A stretch of DNA of 63,053 nucleotides, filler included, from Platydemus manokwari (lineage: Eukaryota), in the NCBI GenBank assembly GCA_037951405.1. It is 6 parts of 6 records of this genome, joined end to end, with 100 filler letters (N's around TTAATTAATTAA, not from the genome) between each part and the next. Parts side by side here need not be neighbours in the genome. Positions count along the whole stretch, not along the records: positions 1 to 9,471 come from JBBMOY011244540.1; positions 9,572 to 20,981 come from JBBMOY010689986.1; 4 more parts are not named here. One strand, written 5' to 3'. A program made the translations under genes and the position numbers. Below, piece by piece: positions 1 to 14,739 of this stretch (its first letter is position 1; every line of letters begins with the position of its first letter). Under the pieces are notes generated by a model. It was not told where the DNA came from. It saw only the letters and a list, made by a program, of their open reading frames with translations, and made no database searches.

Positions 1-1569
1 ATATATCGATAGAATGCAATAGGAATAATGCAGTTGTGATTATATTGCATAGAAATAATATGCATCTCTGTATCTGTTATAACGGTTTGCGATTTGATTA
101 ATTTTTTTGTTTCAATATGTGCTTCTAGTTGAATTTCACAAATATCAACGCAAGTGATAATTGAAGCATGGCAATGAGTCATATTTAATAAAACTATGAA
201 TGAACTCGATTCGTTTCGATATTCTGAAAACCAAATTAATGATAAGAGTTATAACGAATTGAAAATGGAATTATATATCGAAAGTGTAGTTTTTGTGAAA
301 CAAATGATGTTGATTATAACTTCATATCTGTGAATTGTAATACAAATTATTTCATAATTAAATAAAATTTTAAATAAACATGAATAAAGTTCAACTCAGA
401 AATCCGGATTTCCACTTTGGATTGTTTTAATCAAAATTAAAATAATTATTTCTCATATTTTAGTTACTGTAATTACAAAAATTGATCTTATTAATTTTCT
501 TAATTGTTTTAGGCTAGATTGTTAAAATACTTGATTAAAATGAGATAAAAATAATTATAAACGTAACCATTCACTTAATTAACCAGTCCTTTAAATGTAG
601 ACATCATTATAACTTGAGGTCTTTAATATTGGAAATTGAATGTGATAGAAACAATAAAGATTTTAATCCAAGATTCACCTTAATGTTCCATTCGTTAATC
701 TATTTCTGAGTTTCTAGTAAATAATTAGATTAAACCTGCTTGTATCTCAATAAATTATTTAAATATCTTTGTTAATGATTTCATTCGTGCTTTTTAAAAT
801 GCTTGACATAAAGTAGATAAAATATAATTCCAATGGTAACCTTTCACTAAATTATCCAATTCTTTAAACATTAGCAGCATTAGAAAATGTTGACTCTAAT
901 ATTGATAATTTAAAAAGATAGAAACGATAAAAATATACTATTCTCTTTCTTATTTCTTGGAATTGTAAACATAACCATAGATCTTACCAATTAATTATTA
1001 ATATCTTACAAATACTGGCACCACTAGCAAAATGAAATCATGGTATGTGATCTACAAAATTGAAACTATATTGAATTGTCTTTAGCATTACCTTTTCTAA
1101 AAGATTTTCAAATGTACAACAATGTAATTATTTATAATAATTTATTAAAATGAAATTCAAAACAAAACATTTACATGCTTCTATAAGATATATTTATTTG
1201 GAAATAATATTTACAAAGAAAAATAAATATTTCGAATGTATTTCATTACATATAATATTTGTAATATTTTCCTTCAAGGTCATTTTTCGCAATATTTACA
1301 CATTTTAAATTAGCTACTTATAAAACCGAGAATATTATTTGTTGATTATAATTTCTAAATTATAATATATTATTATGAGAATTTGGAATAAGTAATTTTG
1401 TAATATTTTCCTTCCTTTTCCGCCTACTCTTTAATGGTTTTAAAAGCTATTCAATGTTAAAAAATAACTACGACATTTATAGTTAGATAATATTGGAAAT
1501 TCAATTGATTTAAATAATCTGAACCACGTGCTTTTTCAAATTTTATTAAATTGTTGTCATGGAATTAAA

Positions 1570-4500
1570 TGACGTTTTTTACTGAAGACCACGCTAAAAT
1601 AAATGCTGTAACGAGAGGTATAGCTATAATCTTTGCTAATCTGCCCCAAAACACTCAAGAGTTATTTATTCTGAAGTTGTCGTTCTTCAATGCATCAATC
1701 CTGGACGCTGAAGAATGGTTCTAGACAATCAATGATTTTGCAGCATTTAACCAAATGGAGTTATCATTTGAATTTGATATGTTGTTGGGAAATGACATCA
1801 AACAACTGGGTCAAGAATAAAGCAGTATCAAAGAAGCTATTTCAAATGAAAAAATTGAGAAATGGTTTTTGAAAACTTTCGCACATGCCAAGACAATATG
1901 ATCTAGCAGCAATGCGGTAAAGACCAGATCAGAAGCGCCGAAGTTATGAACATCGGCTAAAAAAACTTGTAAAGGAAATATTTGACAACAAAAACACTCT
2001 TAAAGAAATTTCAAGACTTTTTATTCTGCAAGGTCAAAATAGCAAGAAGCTCAAAGAGTCTTTCACTCTCAAGCATGCAATTCCCGAAGATAGGGGGAGA
2101 GAGTTAGCTATCAATTTAGAGAATCTAAGTCCGACGAAACCGATAAACTTTATCAAGAAGACGTATGCCCACTTTGTATATGAAAGTAATCCGAGGATAA
2201 CCTTGCTAAAGGAGATTTCTTACAAAAAGCCAACTACAATCGTGCAGAAAAGAGATTTTAGTGTAAAGTAATATCATCGTACACCAGTTAAACAATACAA
2301 GATCAATGAAGGATATTGCTTCTAAATTTTACAACAATTGTAGAGGAAAATCCACACCCGTGATGATTATTTAAAACCATGAGCTTGCTTTTGCTGTGGT
2401 GAGCTTGGACAACGAAATTTTGAATGCCCATTGCAAAGGGCATTCTTTCAGAGAATGTCATTTGACCAGAAAGCCTAGTTACAATAATTCGAAAAAAATA
2501 CTATGCATTAATGACCAAAAAGATAGAGCCCATATTCAAAGCAGGTGACTGTGTGAGCTCACTCCGTGAGAGATAAAAAACTTGCATCAACCTCCTGTGC
2601 CTATCTGGTCAGTGAAATCGAGTCAATAAGAGACATCAGCTAGAGATAGACTAGAAGTAAAGAAGGAAGACGACAAGAGGAAGAGGAAGCACTCTACAGA
2701 TGTATCAAAAAGCAGATGGTAAATAGTAAAGTACAATTGATTGTAACAGTAAAAAGATTGAAATGTTATGGTATTCTAGTACATTAATAGCAGTAATAAA
2801 TAAGAGCGATTGAATACAAATCGGAGAGCCGCAACTAAAAATTACCTGGTGTATTTTCCAATACACATAAATCGTGTCTAAAAAAGATGAAAATTCCAAT
2901 AGTTTGGAAAAACAAAATTCTAATGAAGGAGTTCATCGTAGTAAAAGAAATTTCACCAGGATTTATCGAAGGAGTTAATACAATGAAGACTGTGGGATAT
3001 TCCTTACAGGGATAGAATCAATTAATGCCAAGAAAAACAGCGATCAAGACAGAATGGAAATGGCATTGAACAAGATCCGTACAAAAAGGAAACCTATTAT
3101 ACCGAACGCCAGAATGCAACCAATAAAGCAAAATTCAAGAATTGATAGAAAATTGTCTTGAAGGTAATTCCTTAACGCCATGCAAGAGCCCTTAAAATTC
3201 TCATTTGGTTGTGATTCCTACGAAAGATGAATCGATCAAAATGTGTTTAGACTTCAAAAAATTAAAGTTTTCTTTTCCGGTACCTGATATCCAAACGTTA
3301 ATGGACTTAGTGTAGAGCACAACAGTCTTCTCCACGATAAATTTAGGCCAAGCATATTATCAGGTGGAATTTGAGGAAGATTTTAAGTTGAAAACAGTGG
3401 TCAGCACTAGAACTGGGTAGTTCTGTTTTAACAGACTACCATGTACCGCACTAGTAAAGTTTCTAAGACTAATAAATGAAATATTCAAAGATTTGGTTTA
3501 AAAGGGCGTTTTGTTCATTTGGAAACTTTTTAGTGCATGGAAGAACAATATAGAAGCACAATGAGAAACTGGACAAAGTATTCAGGTTTATCAAATCACC
3601 AGGTATGAAAATCAATCCCGAAAAATGTGTATTTGGAAACAGAAAGTTGAATTGAAGGTATAGAAAATAATAACGACAAGTCAGAGATGATTAACAAATC
3701 AATAAAACCCGGTTGCATTACTCAGTTGAGGTCGTTCCTAGAATTATGCAATTATTACATACGATTTATCAAAGAATACGCATTAATTACGGCTGTATTA
3801 TACGCTATGATGATCGGAAGTAAAAACAAAATGCAGTAGACTACAGAACGTTAGGAAAGTTTTGAAAAGCTAAAGGAACGTTTATGCATGGGCCCGACAT
3901 TTCCCTTTCCGGATCCATAGAAAGAGATTATTTTACATACCGAAGCTAGTTTCGGAGCTAGTTGCATGACACTGGAACAGAGAGAGTAGTAACCTATGTT
4001 TCTAGAACTCTTAACAATCATGAAAAAGGTTATTGCGTCACGAGAAGGAAGCTTTTGAAAACCCAAGAGTTCACCATGCATTTTCAGCATCATTTGCTGG
4101 GAAAGAAATTTGAGACTTACACTGATCACAAGGCCTTGACATACATGAAGAAAACTAACAAACCGATTAGCCCTTAGTTTCAAATATGGTTTACAAACTT
4201 ATCCATATTTAATTTCAAACTTCAAAAGTTGGAAGGGATGGACTCTCAAGGATAGATGAAGCATTTTGTTCACAGTGCTTAGCTAATCACCAAGAAGCTA
4301 AAGAAGGCAAGCCAAAAAGTCGTTTTATTAATGTTGTCGAGCATTCCATTGGAAATAATGACGAACTCAGGAAGATTCAGCAAAAAGATACTGTTGTTGG
4401 TTCTATTCATAAATGGTTACAGAAAACGGAAACAAGAGTAAATTCAGCGATCAAGAAAAGTAAATATTTTAACAGTTTAGAGAAATATGAATTGTTTGAA

Positions 4501-5497
4501 GATATGGTGGTGTATAACGGGAATGGAAAGAAGGGAATTGTTGTGTCAAAGGTTCCCTTGCAGAAATATATGAGATACTTTCATTAGGAGTTATGGCATA
4601 TAGGTAAAAAGAAATTGGACGATTACATTTAAAAGATTTACTTCTCGCTAAATATATCACTAAGCACTGAACACGAGATACGGAATTAAGATATTTATTC
4701 TAAACACAAGGTTTGCACTGGACGCACTAAAGAGATTATGATTTCCAGGGAAGAATTTGGTCCTTTAGAACAGATCGATGTTGATGTTGCGCACTTTGGG
4801 GAATTTATGACTAAAATGAAATATTCTTTTGTTTATATAAATAGATTCCGCAAGCTACTAAGTATTTCCAAGTCCATTTTTGATAATTAAATCCATAGGT
4901 ATGGTGGCTCAAAATCAAAACTCACTGATAAGGGTAGAGTCTATGCGATATGTTTTGAAATATAACAAGAATTTACCTCCTCATACAAATATCAGGCAAA
5001 TGACTTAGCTGAAAGGACGATTAGGGCAGTCCGAGACATAGTGGTGATAACGATGGCATCAAAGAAACAGGCTTGGGATAAATTAATACCTCGGATAGAA
5101 TTTATAATCAATGCTATGTATCAGAGCTCAAACCAACATTCTCCTTTTGAAATATTGTTTGGACAAAGAATTAATATGCATGGCTTACGACTAAATGAAT
5201 CAAGCCATCACGGCCATATTATCGAAGAAACTTAAAATCAGCTAAAATCAGTAGCCACAAACCTAAAGAAATTCGATGCTAAAAAGAGGTTGTAGAATTT
5301 TCACAGTTGGAGAAGAAGTTTTAGTAAAGAAAGAACCACATAAGATAAAGAAGAATCGAGATCGTTATGAAGGTCCACACAAAATTTTGAAATTTTTAAG
5401 TCCACATCAAGTTCTTCTTGATTTCCAGGGACAGCCAAAACCTCGAAGAATTGAGTGGCTAAAAAGGATCTCAAAAACAACGGAAGAGGGAAGTTAG
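1570..5497 (+). mobile_element. Degenerate Ty3/Gypsy LTR retrotransposon internal region (gag-PR-RT-RNaseH-IN), many stops/frameshifts
   Basis: Gag zinc knuckle remnant ACFCCGELGQRNFECP (~2383-2430). RT remnants MCLDFKKL and VFSTINLGQAYYQVE (~3240-3370), and LRSFLELCNYY (~3725). RNase H ERVVTYVSRTLNNHEKGYCVTRRKLL...YTDHKALTY (3962-4177). Integrase EFTSSYKYQANDLAERTIRAVRD...WDKLIPRIEF...HSPFEILFG (4970-5235). GPY/F-like tail FTVGEEVLVK...YEGPHKI (5276-5497). Polypurine tract GGAAGAGGGAAG at ~5482. LTRs not recognisable. Confidence 0.88.
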
Positions 5498-5589
5498 ATA
5501 AAAAATGAGATTTGTTTAAATATTAGAAAAAACAAACGGTGTAATTTTGAATTAGAATAAAATATTGATGCAAACGAGTTATCTTTTTA

Positions 5590-5725
5590 CTATTATTATT
5601 ATTATTACTATTATTATTATTACTATTATTATTACTATTATTATTATCATTGATAATACAATTATTATTAATATATTTTTATTATTATTATTATTATCGC
5701 TTATTGTTATTGATTAATATTATTG
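5590..5725. repeat. Degenerate (ATT)n microsatellite
   Basis: Direct reading: tattattattattattactattatt... Confidence 0.9.
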
Positions 5726-7050
5726 AGCTTATTAAACACAAAAATGTATCACCGTGTTTGTAATCGGATTCATGTCTGGCATCTTATAAATATTTAATTG
5801 AACATTTATGAAATGCGGTTTATTGAATCAATAATGAGAAAATCTCCGTTGTAATTAGTTCTCTTATCTTTTTTCATTTCTGCTTCTACTGCTCCTGCTG
5901 CTGCTACTGCTGCCGTTCAAGCAACTATAACAAAGCAAATATATTCCTTTCCGATTTGAATTGAGAATTGTTTTCCATAACAATGTCTACAATTGCAAAT
6001 CCAATCCATTAATTATTTCTTTAATTTGTTTTCATGAACCATTTTTTCAAAAAAAATTTGTCTAATAAATGGCATGACAGAATATGATATCTCCATGACA
6101 GTTGACATGTGGAGCTAGCAACACACACACACACACACAATTGTTTGAATTTTAGATTCTCTAATCATTCTTTATGAAACGATAACTGATGATTGATTCG
6201 ATTAATTAATTGATCGAATCATAAAATCAATTATAAATAATCAGTATATCAACAAAAAATCAATTTATTGTTTGACCAATAACAAAATCAAATCGATAAA
6301 TATAATATCAACACACACACACACACACATATATCATTGGGCAATAATAGTATTGAAATATTGATAAATGCTGCCTGCATTGAAATGTGTCATTAATGTG
6401 GCTTATATTTCAGAAATTTTCCAGATAATTCCACCTTTTATCTCAAATAATCGTTTGATCTTAGATTTCTCAGTGATGGCATAAATAAATAGTCACATTA
6501 TTGACATGTAAAATTGAAAGAATTGTCGAATGACATTAATATTTCTATGTCCTAAGCTAAAAATGGATTATTAAATGCACAATTTCATTCAATCCTTTCC
6601 GCCCATTTGTCTATTAAATAATGTCGACATTTCTAATTGTGGTTGGATAATGATTTCTTCATAAAATTACTGGATTTATATCAATATATTTGTTTTAATA
6701 TCCTCGAATCATGTATTGAAGAAGTCATTGAAGAATCCCTTGAACTGTAATTGTTTCGTTTATTTTAAATCGATGGGGCATTTGTCAGGCAACGATACTA
6801 GCAGGAAAAACCGATTGATATTAACGCCAAATATTTTTGTATTATATTTCGATTAAAATCATAAATTTGCTATTAGATTGCCCATGATTCACTGTATAAA
6901 TATTTATCGATAAATATTTAGATAAATACACAGCATCAAAATTTGTTATTGGTCTTTAGATTATTATTATTACTAGTACTATTAGTAGTAATAGTAGTAT
7001 TGTTATTATTATTATTATTAATATTATTATTATAAGAATTTGATCAATAA

Positions 7051-7194
7051 NNNNNNNNNNNNNNNNNNNNNNNNNNNNNNNNNNNNNNNNNNNNNNNNNN
7101 NNNNNNNNNNNNNNNNNNNNNNNNNNNNNNNNNNNNNNNNNNNNNNNNNNNNNNNNNNNNNNNNNNNNNNNNNNNNNNNNNNNNNNNNNNNNNN
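7051..7194. other. Assembly gap (144 N, no linker)
   Basis: Run of N. Confidence 0.99.
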
Positions 7195-9391
7195 CAACGA
7201 ATATATAAAATTCAGTTAAGAGATTTGACTGTATAATTCCTCTTCAGCATTCTTGTAGCTGCCAACAAAGGCCTGCTGATGAGCCAAAATCAGTTAAATA
7301 ACTTGAACATTACCATGTCAGATCTGATCAGGTTGGTTTTTGGTTGCCATAATAATTATATCGAGCAATCTCAAATTCATCGACAACAAATTATCACTCC
7401 AATTTTCAGGAAACAGTCCATGATTAAAGCCCAGCGCAAAATAGCGACCTTGCCCGAGGAGGCATTGGAATACGTTATTGCTCTGCGAGAGGAATTACAT
7501 CGAGATTTGCTAGCGCGGACTCCTGATTTAGAAAAGCGGCAGTCTGCCTGCGAGGTACATTTGAAAATAAAGCATTTATAGTAATTGCAATTGACACGAT
7601 ATATAGCCACAGTTTAATGCCGAATATTGATCTATTTCCAATTGTTTTATCGGTCAGAGAGACCTCTCTCTCCCTCTATATGTATATGTTTATTTTACTT
7701 CGAAATTATGGTAGGAAATTGTTAGAAATAATATTTCCAACACTTTGAGTTGGGCTGCTCTGCTCGTTTTATCGTGCATCGATCATGCCATTAAATTTTT
7801 ATTTTACATTACGTCTAAGAATATCAATATAATATTTATTATTCTCTGATCTAATTTCATTATCTGAAGCGTTTATAAATTACGTCTACCATACACACTG
7901 AAATTAGATTGATATAATTCTACATATTGTATAGCATTAATCCAAAACCTGTAAATCCTTAATAAAGATTAATAGCAATTTAGCCATTGTGCCTAGATTT
8001 GATTGGATGGATTGATAGAGAAAAAAAATGACGTCATTTATAACAATTTCATGTAAATGTATAAAAACTGCTTAAGATATTTCGTCACAATTGGTGACAA
8101 AACCCCCTACAATTTTAAATGATTCCATGATAACGCATTATTTATGACTTTTTTTAGATATTTTCTGTTATGATATTTAACAGAGTTCTCCACTAAATTT
8201 CGAAACAATACTCTTATCCATCATTCCACATCGATTCGTTGGCCTGATTTTGCTGGTGATATTTCAGGTTGAGCTTCATAAAATGAAAACAATAAAAATA
8301 TATTTTACAATTACCATTGAGATGTGATTGTGTAGAATTCATGTAGAAAGAATAAACTAACTCTATAAGCTCGAACTAGGTTAAAATCAAATCGTTATGG
8401 TAACGTCCAAGATTAGAATGATCTGCCAGTTTGGAAATATACAATGCCCACTAAAACGCAGTTCTGCTGGGTATTGGGATGTTGTTGTGCATATCACCAG
8501 TGATGTTTGATAGATTAAATATCATAATTATCTCTCCGAAGAATAAGTTTCATTGAAAACAAATTGTTTTCAATAATTATTTTCATCCAAATCGTAATAA
8601 CTGTAATATATTGCGTGTCAGTAATTGATTTTCGCTGCTTTTCGATGGTTTTCTTTCAACGAAAATTGAAGATGAAAGCGATTTTATAAAAGTTAATGAG
8701 AGTGAAAATATCGATTCGATTTGTGATGCGTGAAATAATTTTCTATAAATATATAAATATACGACTTTCATAGTTCCGTCAGAGCCGACTTTTTAAAGTG
8801 CTTTATTCCCTTTCACAGAATTATCGACACAAGATTTGAGAAACAATTGATCTACTAGTATGGACGGAAATATCTATTTCTGTAATCATAGAAAAATCTA
8901 TAAGGCAAAATCTGATGTCTGAACTGCTTGGAAACACTTGACCAGTCTGATGGTTTTTTCCAACGATATAAAAAGAATTTAAGATAACTTTTCATTCTCG
9001 TTCAATGTCTCTCTTTCTCTCTCGTTCTTCGGAATAAAAGGAAATCTAAAGTTCCTTCCTGCTAATGATGATAATAATAGATTCTATTATATGCCAGATG
9101 GAATGATCAGAGTTGGAGATAATTATCGAGATTCATCTGATATCATCAAATATATTTCTTCAACACAACTCAATACAGCATCAATTATTCAATCCATTCC
9201 TATATCAATTAAGGTTATCAGTTTTCTTTCTCATTTTTTGCTGGGTTTTTTGCATCAATTAAAGCGAAGTAGTTTTTCTTTGTCGATTATCAATTTAATT
9301 GATTGGATGTGTGTTATTTATTTTTCGATCAATATTTTATGGTTGGTTTATTGATTTCTTTTCTTTCCTTACAGTTTATTGTATGAAGTAC

Positions 9392-9445
<54 letters not shown>
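9392..9445. repeat. (AAT)n microsatellite
   Basis: Perfect AAT run near the contig end. Confidence 0.95.
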
Positions 9446-9446
<1 letters not shown>

Positions 9447-9471
9447 TTTCTTGATTAATTTAGCTCGAACC

Positions 9472-9571
9472 NNNNNNNNNNNNNNNNNNNNNNNNNNNNN
9501 NNNNNNNNNNNNNNNTTAATTAATTAANNNNNNNNNNNNNNNNNNNNNNNNNNNNNNNNNNNNNNNNNNNN
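9472..9571. other. Artificial contig-joining spacer N44-TTAATTAATTAA-N44
   Basis: Exact 100-bp spacer with stop codons in all six frames; recurs five times. Confidence 0.98.
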
Positions 9572-9914
9572 CACAATTAAAATAAGAATAATAATAATAA
9601 TAATAATTATTAGTATTAAAAATAATAAAAAGTAATTATAATAATAAAAATAATCATAAAATGGTGTTAATAGTAATAATAATAATAATTTTAATAATAA
9701 TGTTAATAATAATATAAGGTTCAATTCAAGCAACTTGTCTTATATTTTCATGGTCTGGATTATATGTTATCATAATCTGAAGGTTTTATGTGATTCAATT
9801 TATTCGTGACCTCAATATATTTATAGGAAAGTAGTGATTTGAATTTCAGAATAATAATATATTACTATTTAGGGTATAAAATGATTAATGATACGCAAGT
9901 GAAAACGATGCGCA

Positions 9915-10272
9915 ACATGGGTGTTCTTAAATACATCGCGTGCAAAGATAAACCATGAATCATTTCTGACATTCACCAAGTTATTATCATAAAAACTGCC
10001 ACAATAAATTTGGAACTGTGCCAAAAGATTTGTCGCAGTGCTGCATTATGATTGGTTTATTGTATCGAACACAATGGAGAACAATTTTAGCCATCTCGTT
10101 AGTATTTATCAATATTGTATTCCTGTTTCTTTCATATTGATCATAGCTGCATCTTTTGTTCATTCATAGTTATCATTGTGCTCGGAATTCCCTTTCAACA
10201 TACAATGAAATTCATTGAAAATTTACATTCGTTTATCTTTTTAAATCGGGGGAAACTTTTTCGACACCCTGT
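9915..10272 (+). mobile_element. 3' end of a decayed Tc1/mariner-type DNA transposon (transposase C-terminus plus right TIR)
   Basis: Reads WGVLKYIACKDKP*IISDIHQVIIIKTATINLELCQKICRSAAL*LVYCIEHNGEQF, matching the mariner-like C-terminal pattern WGxLKxxVYxxKPxTIxDLKxxI...CxxxNGxQFEHL. It is followed by ggaaactttttcgacaccctg, the reverse complement of a CAGGGTG-type TIR start. Confidence 0.7.
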
Positions 10273-11058
10273 TTAATACAATTTTAACAATAAATCGATA
10301 AGAAACAATGAATAAAATCACCCAGATCTGGAGAGAAAAAACAAAAATACGATCTGAGATCATCATGAAAATAAGTACTTCCAAATCCTTAGGAGTGATT
10401 TTATGCTGGCAAACGATAGGATGTGTTTCAAATAAGTTCAAATATTCGAGAAGCCAGATTATATAGCTGTTTTTTTGGTCAAGTCAGGTTTGTATATGCT
10501 TTGATGTAGCTTGTTTTTTTGGTTTAACAAAGCACTGGGAAGATGGTAAGCTCGCTTTCATTTTCCAAAGTTGGAACCACATGGGATGGGCAGATAGAGA
10601 TTTTTGGGAACAATTAAGAATCTGAGGTCCAATCGATTGTCGACATGTGTGTTTATGTACATAACAATGATGCCTTTTGTATATATCTTGTCTGATTCTT
10701 ATGAATTATTATACTGTATTAGCTATTCGATTATTTTATTATTTTATTGATTTTTTTTGAAATTATTGATTCCATGATTTATTTTATTTGGATTTTTGCT
10801 CATACAAATTTTAGCAAAGAATAAAAATAAATTTTTAATAAAATTATAATATATCAAAATAATATGTGACGTAATCATATATGATTATAGCATAACCACG
10901 AGTGACTGATTTAAAATAATGTTTGGTCCTGATTCCGAATAACTGAAAACTTGCTGACTGGGAAAATCGAAGATTATAAAATTTGTTTCTAATCCGCACA
11001 CTAATCAGTACGGCTCAAAAAATAACATTAATACAATCAAGCTTGATACTACTCAGCA

Positions 11059-11425
11059 CGACGCTAATATTCGATACAAAAACGTAACCAAAAATAGGCT
11101 TTCAACTGGTAGTTAGCCATCTTAACATCGGTATTTATACTCGAGATATGTGTGCAATTTTTGTGTCATGTTTGTATCATATTTTGATTTGAGTGTTACT
11201 TTTCTATGTCTTTATTATGTTTATTGATTTTTAGATATTTGGAGTTGGTCAATCCCTATGCGTGTGTGCCGTTGCGTGGCTGTACCAACTTTTCCAGTTA
11301 TCATTTACCATCCAACTCAGATGTGATTGGTTGATTATCATGCCTGGATCGTTGTTTAGATGTCTATAGTTCTCAAACAAGGGTTCAAGGTGCAAATCCA
11401 TTTTTTCTTTTGCAGGATTTCATCT
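11059..11425. repeat. Dispersed repeat, copy 1 (diverged direct repeat of 11994-12375)
   Basis: Shared blocks such as ggctttcaactggNagttNgccatctt(a/t)acatcggtatttatactcgagat and ttttgatttga; colinear over ~370 bp. Confidence 0.85.
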
Positions 11426-11993
11426 CATTCAACAATAATAATAAATTGAAATATAATACCCATTAGTTCAACAATCACCAACAGACATGATTAAGCATTA
11501 ATTAGGGCATGTAAAATAAGCCAAGTTCTTTAGAATAAATATCAGATGTTGGTCAGAGAATAATTATTCATATTAAAATAAATATTATCTAATCGACAAG
11601 AAGTTTAATAGCATCAACACAAAAAATTAACCGGAAGTTCTCACTTTGAATCAATGAACTAATTCTTGTAGATAAAGATTTTCTTTATAGAAATAAAGTG
11701 GACGAACCAGCAACTTTTTTAGGAAGTATAAAAATATTGTGCAAGAACAGGTCTGCAAAAAAGAAAAGGTATATTATATAAAATTTTTACATTCCTGGAT
11801 GAATCCTATATAAAATTTTCGATAAGTACGATATTGTGGAATATATGCAAAAATTCTCGACCAGAAAAAATCTTTCACTTCATCAGCGAAGTATCGGCTT
11901 CTGTTGGTAATAAATTCTGTATAACCAAATTATTGCTGACTCTAAAATTCTGAAGTTGCAAACTTTATTTCCATTTCACGTACCAATCAGATA

Positions 11994-12375
11994 GACGCTA
12001 AAACTTAATACAGTATCTCAAAAATGCAACCAAAACATGGCTTTCAACTGGCAGTTGGCCATCTTTACATCGGTATTTATACTCGAGATCTGTGTTCAAT
12101 TTCTGTATCACTTTTGTATCACATTTTGATTTGATCTTCACGTTCTCATGTTACTATTAGACTTGTCGGTTTTTGCATATGCGTGATTGATCAATCCCCA
12201 TATGTGTGCCGCTGTGTAGCTATGTCCCTTTTTCAAAATATTGTTTTCAATTTATGTCAGCTGTGATTCGTTGATTACTATGTCTGTAGGATTATCCAGG
12301 CCTGCAAATACTTAAAGTGCTAAAACAAGAGTTTCAAGGTTCGAAACTATTTTTCTTTTTCAAGATTTCTCTCTA
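11994..12375. repeat. Dispersed repeat, copy 2
   Basis: Colinear diverged match to 11059-11425; partial inverted match at 58120-58200. Confidence 0.85.
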
Positions 12376-14414
12376 CTTGAGACGTCCATGATTAAAATCG
12401 TTTCTTTTGGTTTGAGTTAAATAAAGTATACGGAGATGCTAAAAACAGCTGTAGATATTTGATATCCAGGAATCAAAAGCTATTTCGGAATTCTTGTTTG
12501 TTTATGATCACTTTGTTCTTTATTAATAAACATGTAAATAAATAGGATTGATCACAGAGAGTTAATTGTGGAAGAGAATTATAATTATAGTATTTAGTTC
12601 AATAAAAATCGATATCGAAGAACTCATAATACATATTACTCGGAGAATAAAAATTTAAAACCAAAATAGAAAAATATCACATAGCAGTGACAGATGAAAG
12701 AAGTTTTATTTATATAACTGATATAAACTCGAACTCATAAATCATGTGCTCCATTTTTGTATATGCTCCTATTCTAACTAGTAAAATGTGTATCTAATTC
12801 TATTTTTTTAAAATTTTTTAAGTTAACACTTTAATTTCCCATTGTTATGATTAAATGTGAGTTATGATGTCACATTTATCTCGAATTTAATCTAATCCAA
12901 TGTCAATTGTAAGCCACTGCTGCTTTATGAAGCACAGATTGAAATCAAATTGAAAAGTCAGCACATAAAAGTTTATTAAACTAAATTATTTAAACAAAAA
13001 TAATATTTTCAATCTTAAATCTTTATATAAATCTTTTAATTTTAATTCATTTTAAAATCCTCACATTAATATTACATTTCAAACTTTTTAAAAATCAATT
13101 TAATCATTATAATCTATTTTATTGAAAACAAATTTTGAAAATGAGTAACAATTTGGATAATCTCAATGAATAAAAATGAAAACAAAGAAAAACAAAAATT
13201 TTGAAAGAATTATCTTTATCAATTTATTATTTATTAAATTAAAAATTCAATAAATAATCAATAATTAAGAAATTAATCACGAAAAATTATCAAGATAATT
13301 AAAATCAAATGACCTTACAAGCTCTAAAGAATCTGAAAGTCCAAAAGTTCAAAATGACCATGTTAAATAAAATAAATAGCGGTAAATTTATAAAAGGGGA
13401 AATTTTAAAAAATAATCAATAATAATAGTACTATTAATCCATTTGAGCTACCAGCAAGTTGCTTTCACAAATTTAATTTAAGAACAAGCGGACCAGCTAT
13501 GATTCACTAAGAATAATTCAAAACAGAATCAAGTATGGCATAATTTTTATCATTTTCACATTGCTTGTGATAGTATTGTGTTTTTGTACACTAATTTTGG
13601 TTGTCACTGGTTACCGAGTATTGGAATATTGTTCGGAGATAATTCTGAATTACTTTCACTAATCTAGCCCAACTTTAGCACATATTTGATCAAAAAATAG
13701 ATGTCTTACAAAAACTAAAAAGACATCTTATCTCTGTGCGAACCTGAAATTCGAGACGATTCAGGTCGATGGAATCTTTGAGATTTTACACAGCTTATAT
13801 ACTCAACAGGGTCTTCGTGGAAAATGGTAGAAAATCAAACAAATATCCTGTTCGGGTAACCCATTCGAGAATAAAGAGATCAAAATATTGATCGACTAGA
13901 ATACCTTCGTTTGAAATTTGTGTTTTCTCATAACTTATAAATCTACATGGCCATAAATGACTAGCATAAATTAAAATGTTTCGCTATGATTTCGCATATA
14001 AATCTGTAATATTTCCATGGGTTACGAATGATTTTCTAAACACAAGCGAGTCGTTAAAAATTTATAAATTTACTGTGGATTTTAAAATTCTTTTTTAAAA
14101 AATTTCCTCTTTGTATATTGTTAGCTCTATTTTAGTTGATACGAATTCTGCTTAATTCTCTCGACACATTTATAAATGAATAACGTAATGGCCTTGAAAT
14201 TAAAAGTTCACAATTCGTATGATTAATTCCGATGATCTTCATGAATTGATAGTTGGTAAACATTTATGATCGACTCTGATTATTTTCAAAAATAATGAGA
14301 ACCAATAAGATTAAACGAAGAAACGATAGGCTTTATACTCTTTTAATTTTCAAGGCTGATATGAAAGAAGGTTTGTAATGATCTGTTATGCTGTTTTTAT
14401 CATATTTTGTAAAT

Positions 14415-14739
14415 ATTTATCATCTCATCTAATACAAACAACAACCATATAGCAAATAAATAAGAATTGCAATAATATAAAACTATTCCCTCAGGTGATG
14501 AAATCCAGACAATTAGAGTGGCTGAAAAGATGGAGTGGGCTTAAAGGAGAGGCGAGTAAAGTGTTTAAATAAACAAACACGTTATTTTGTTTAAATAACC
14601 GATTGGCGGATTAGTTCAGTTTTTTAAATAAATATTATGCTTGCGAATGTCAATGACGTAACTGTAACAATTTATCATCTCATTTAATACAAACATCAGC
14701 TATATAACAAATAATTCAGAATTGCAATATTATAAAACT
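14415..14739. repeat. Pair of ~70-bp direct repeats (14415-14484 and 14670-14739)
   Basis: atttatcatctcat(c/t)taatacaaaca...agaattgcaata(a/t)tataaaact occurs twice. Confidence 0.85.

Noticed and set aside
5740-6850. Possible exons between (AC)n repeats
   Set aside because: The candidate frames I tried were all interrupted by stops
7279-7610. GC-richer overlapping ORFs next to a gap
   Set aside because: No recognisable motif in any frame; probably a TE fragment, but unassignable
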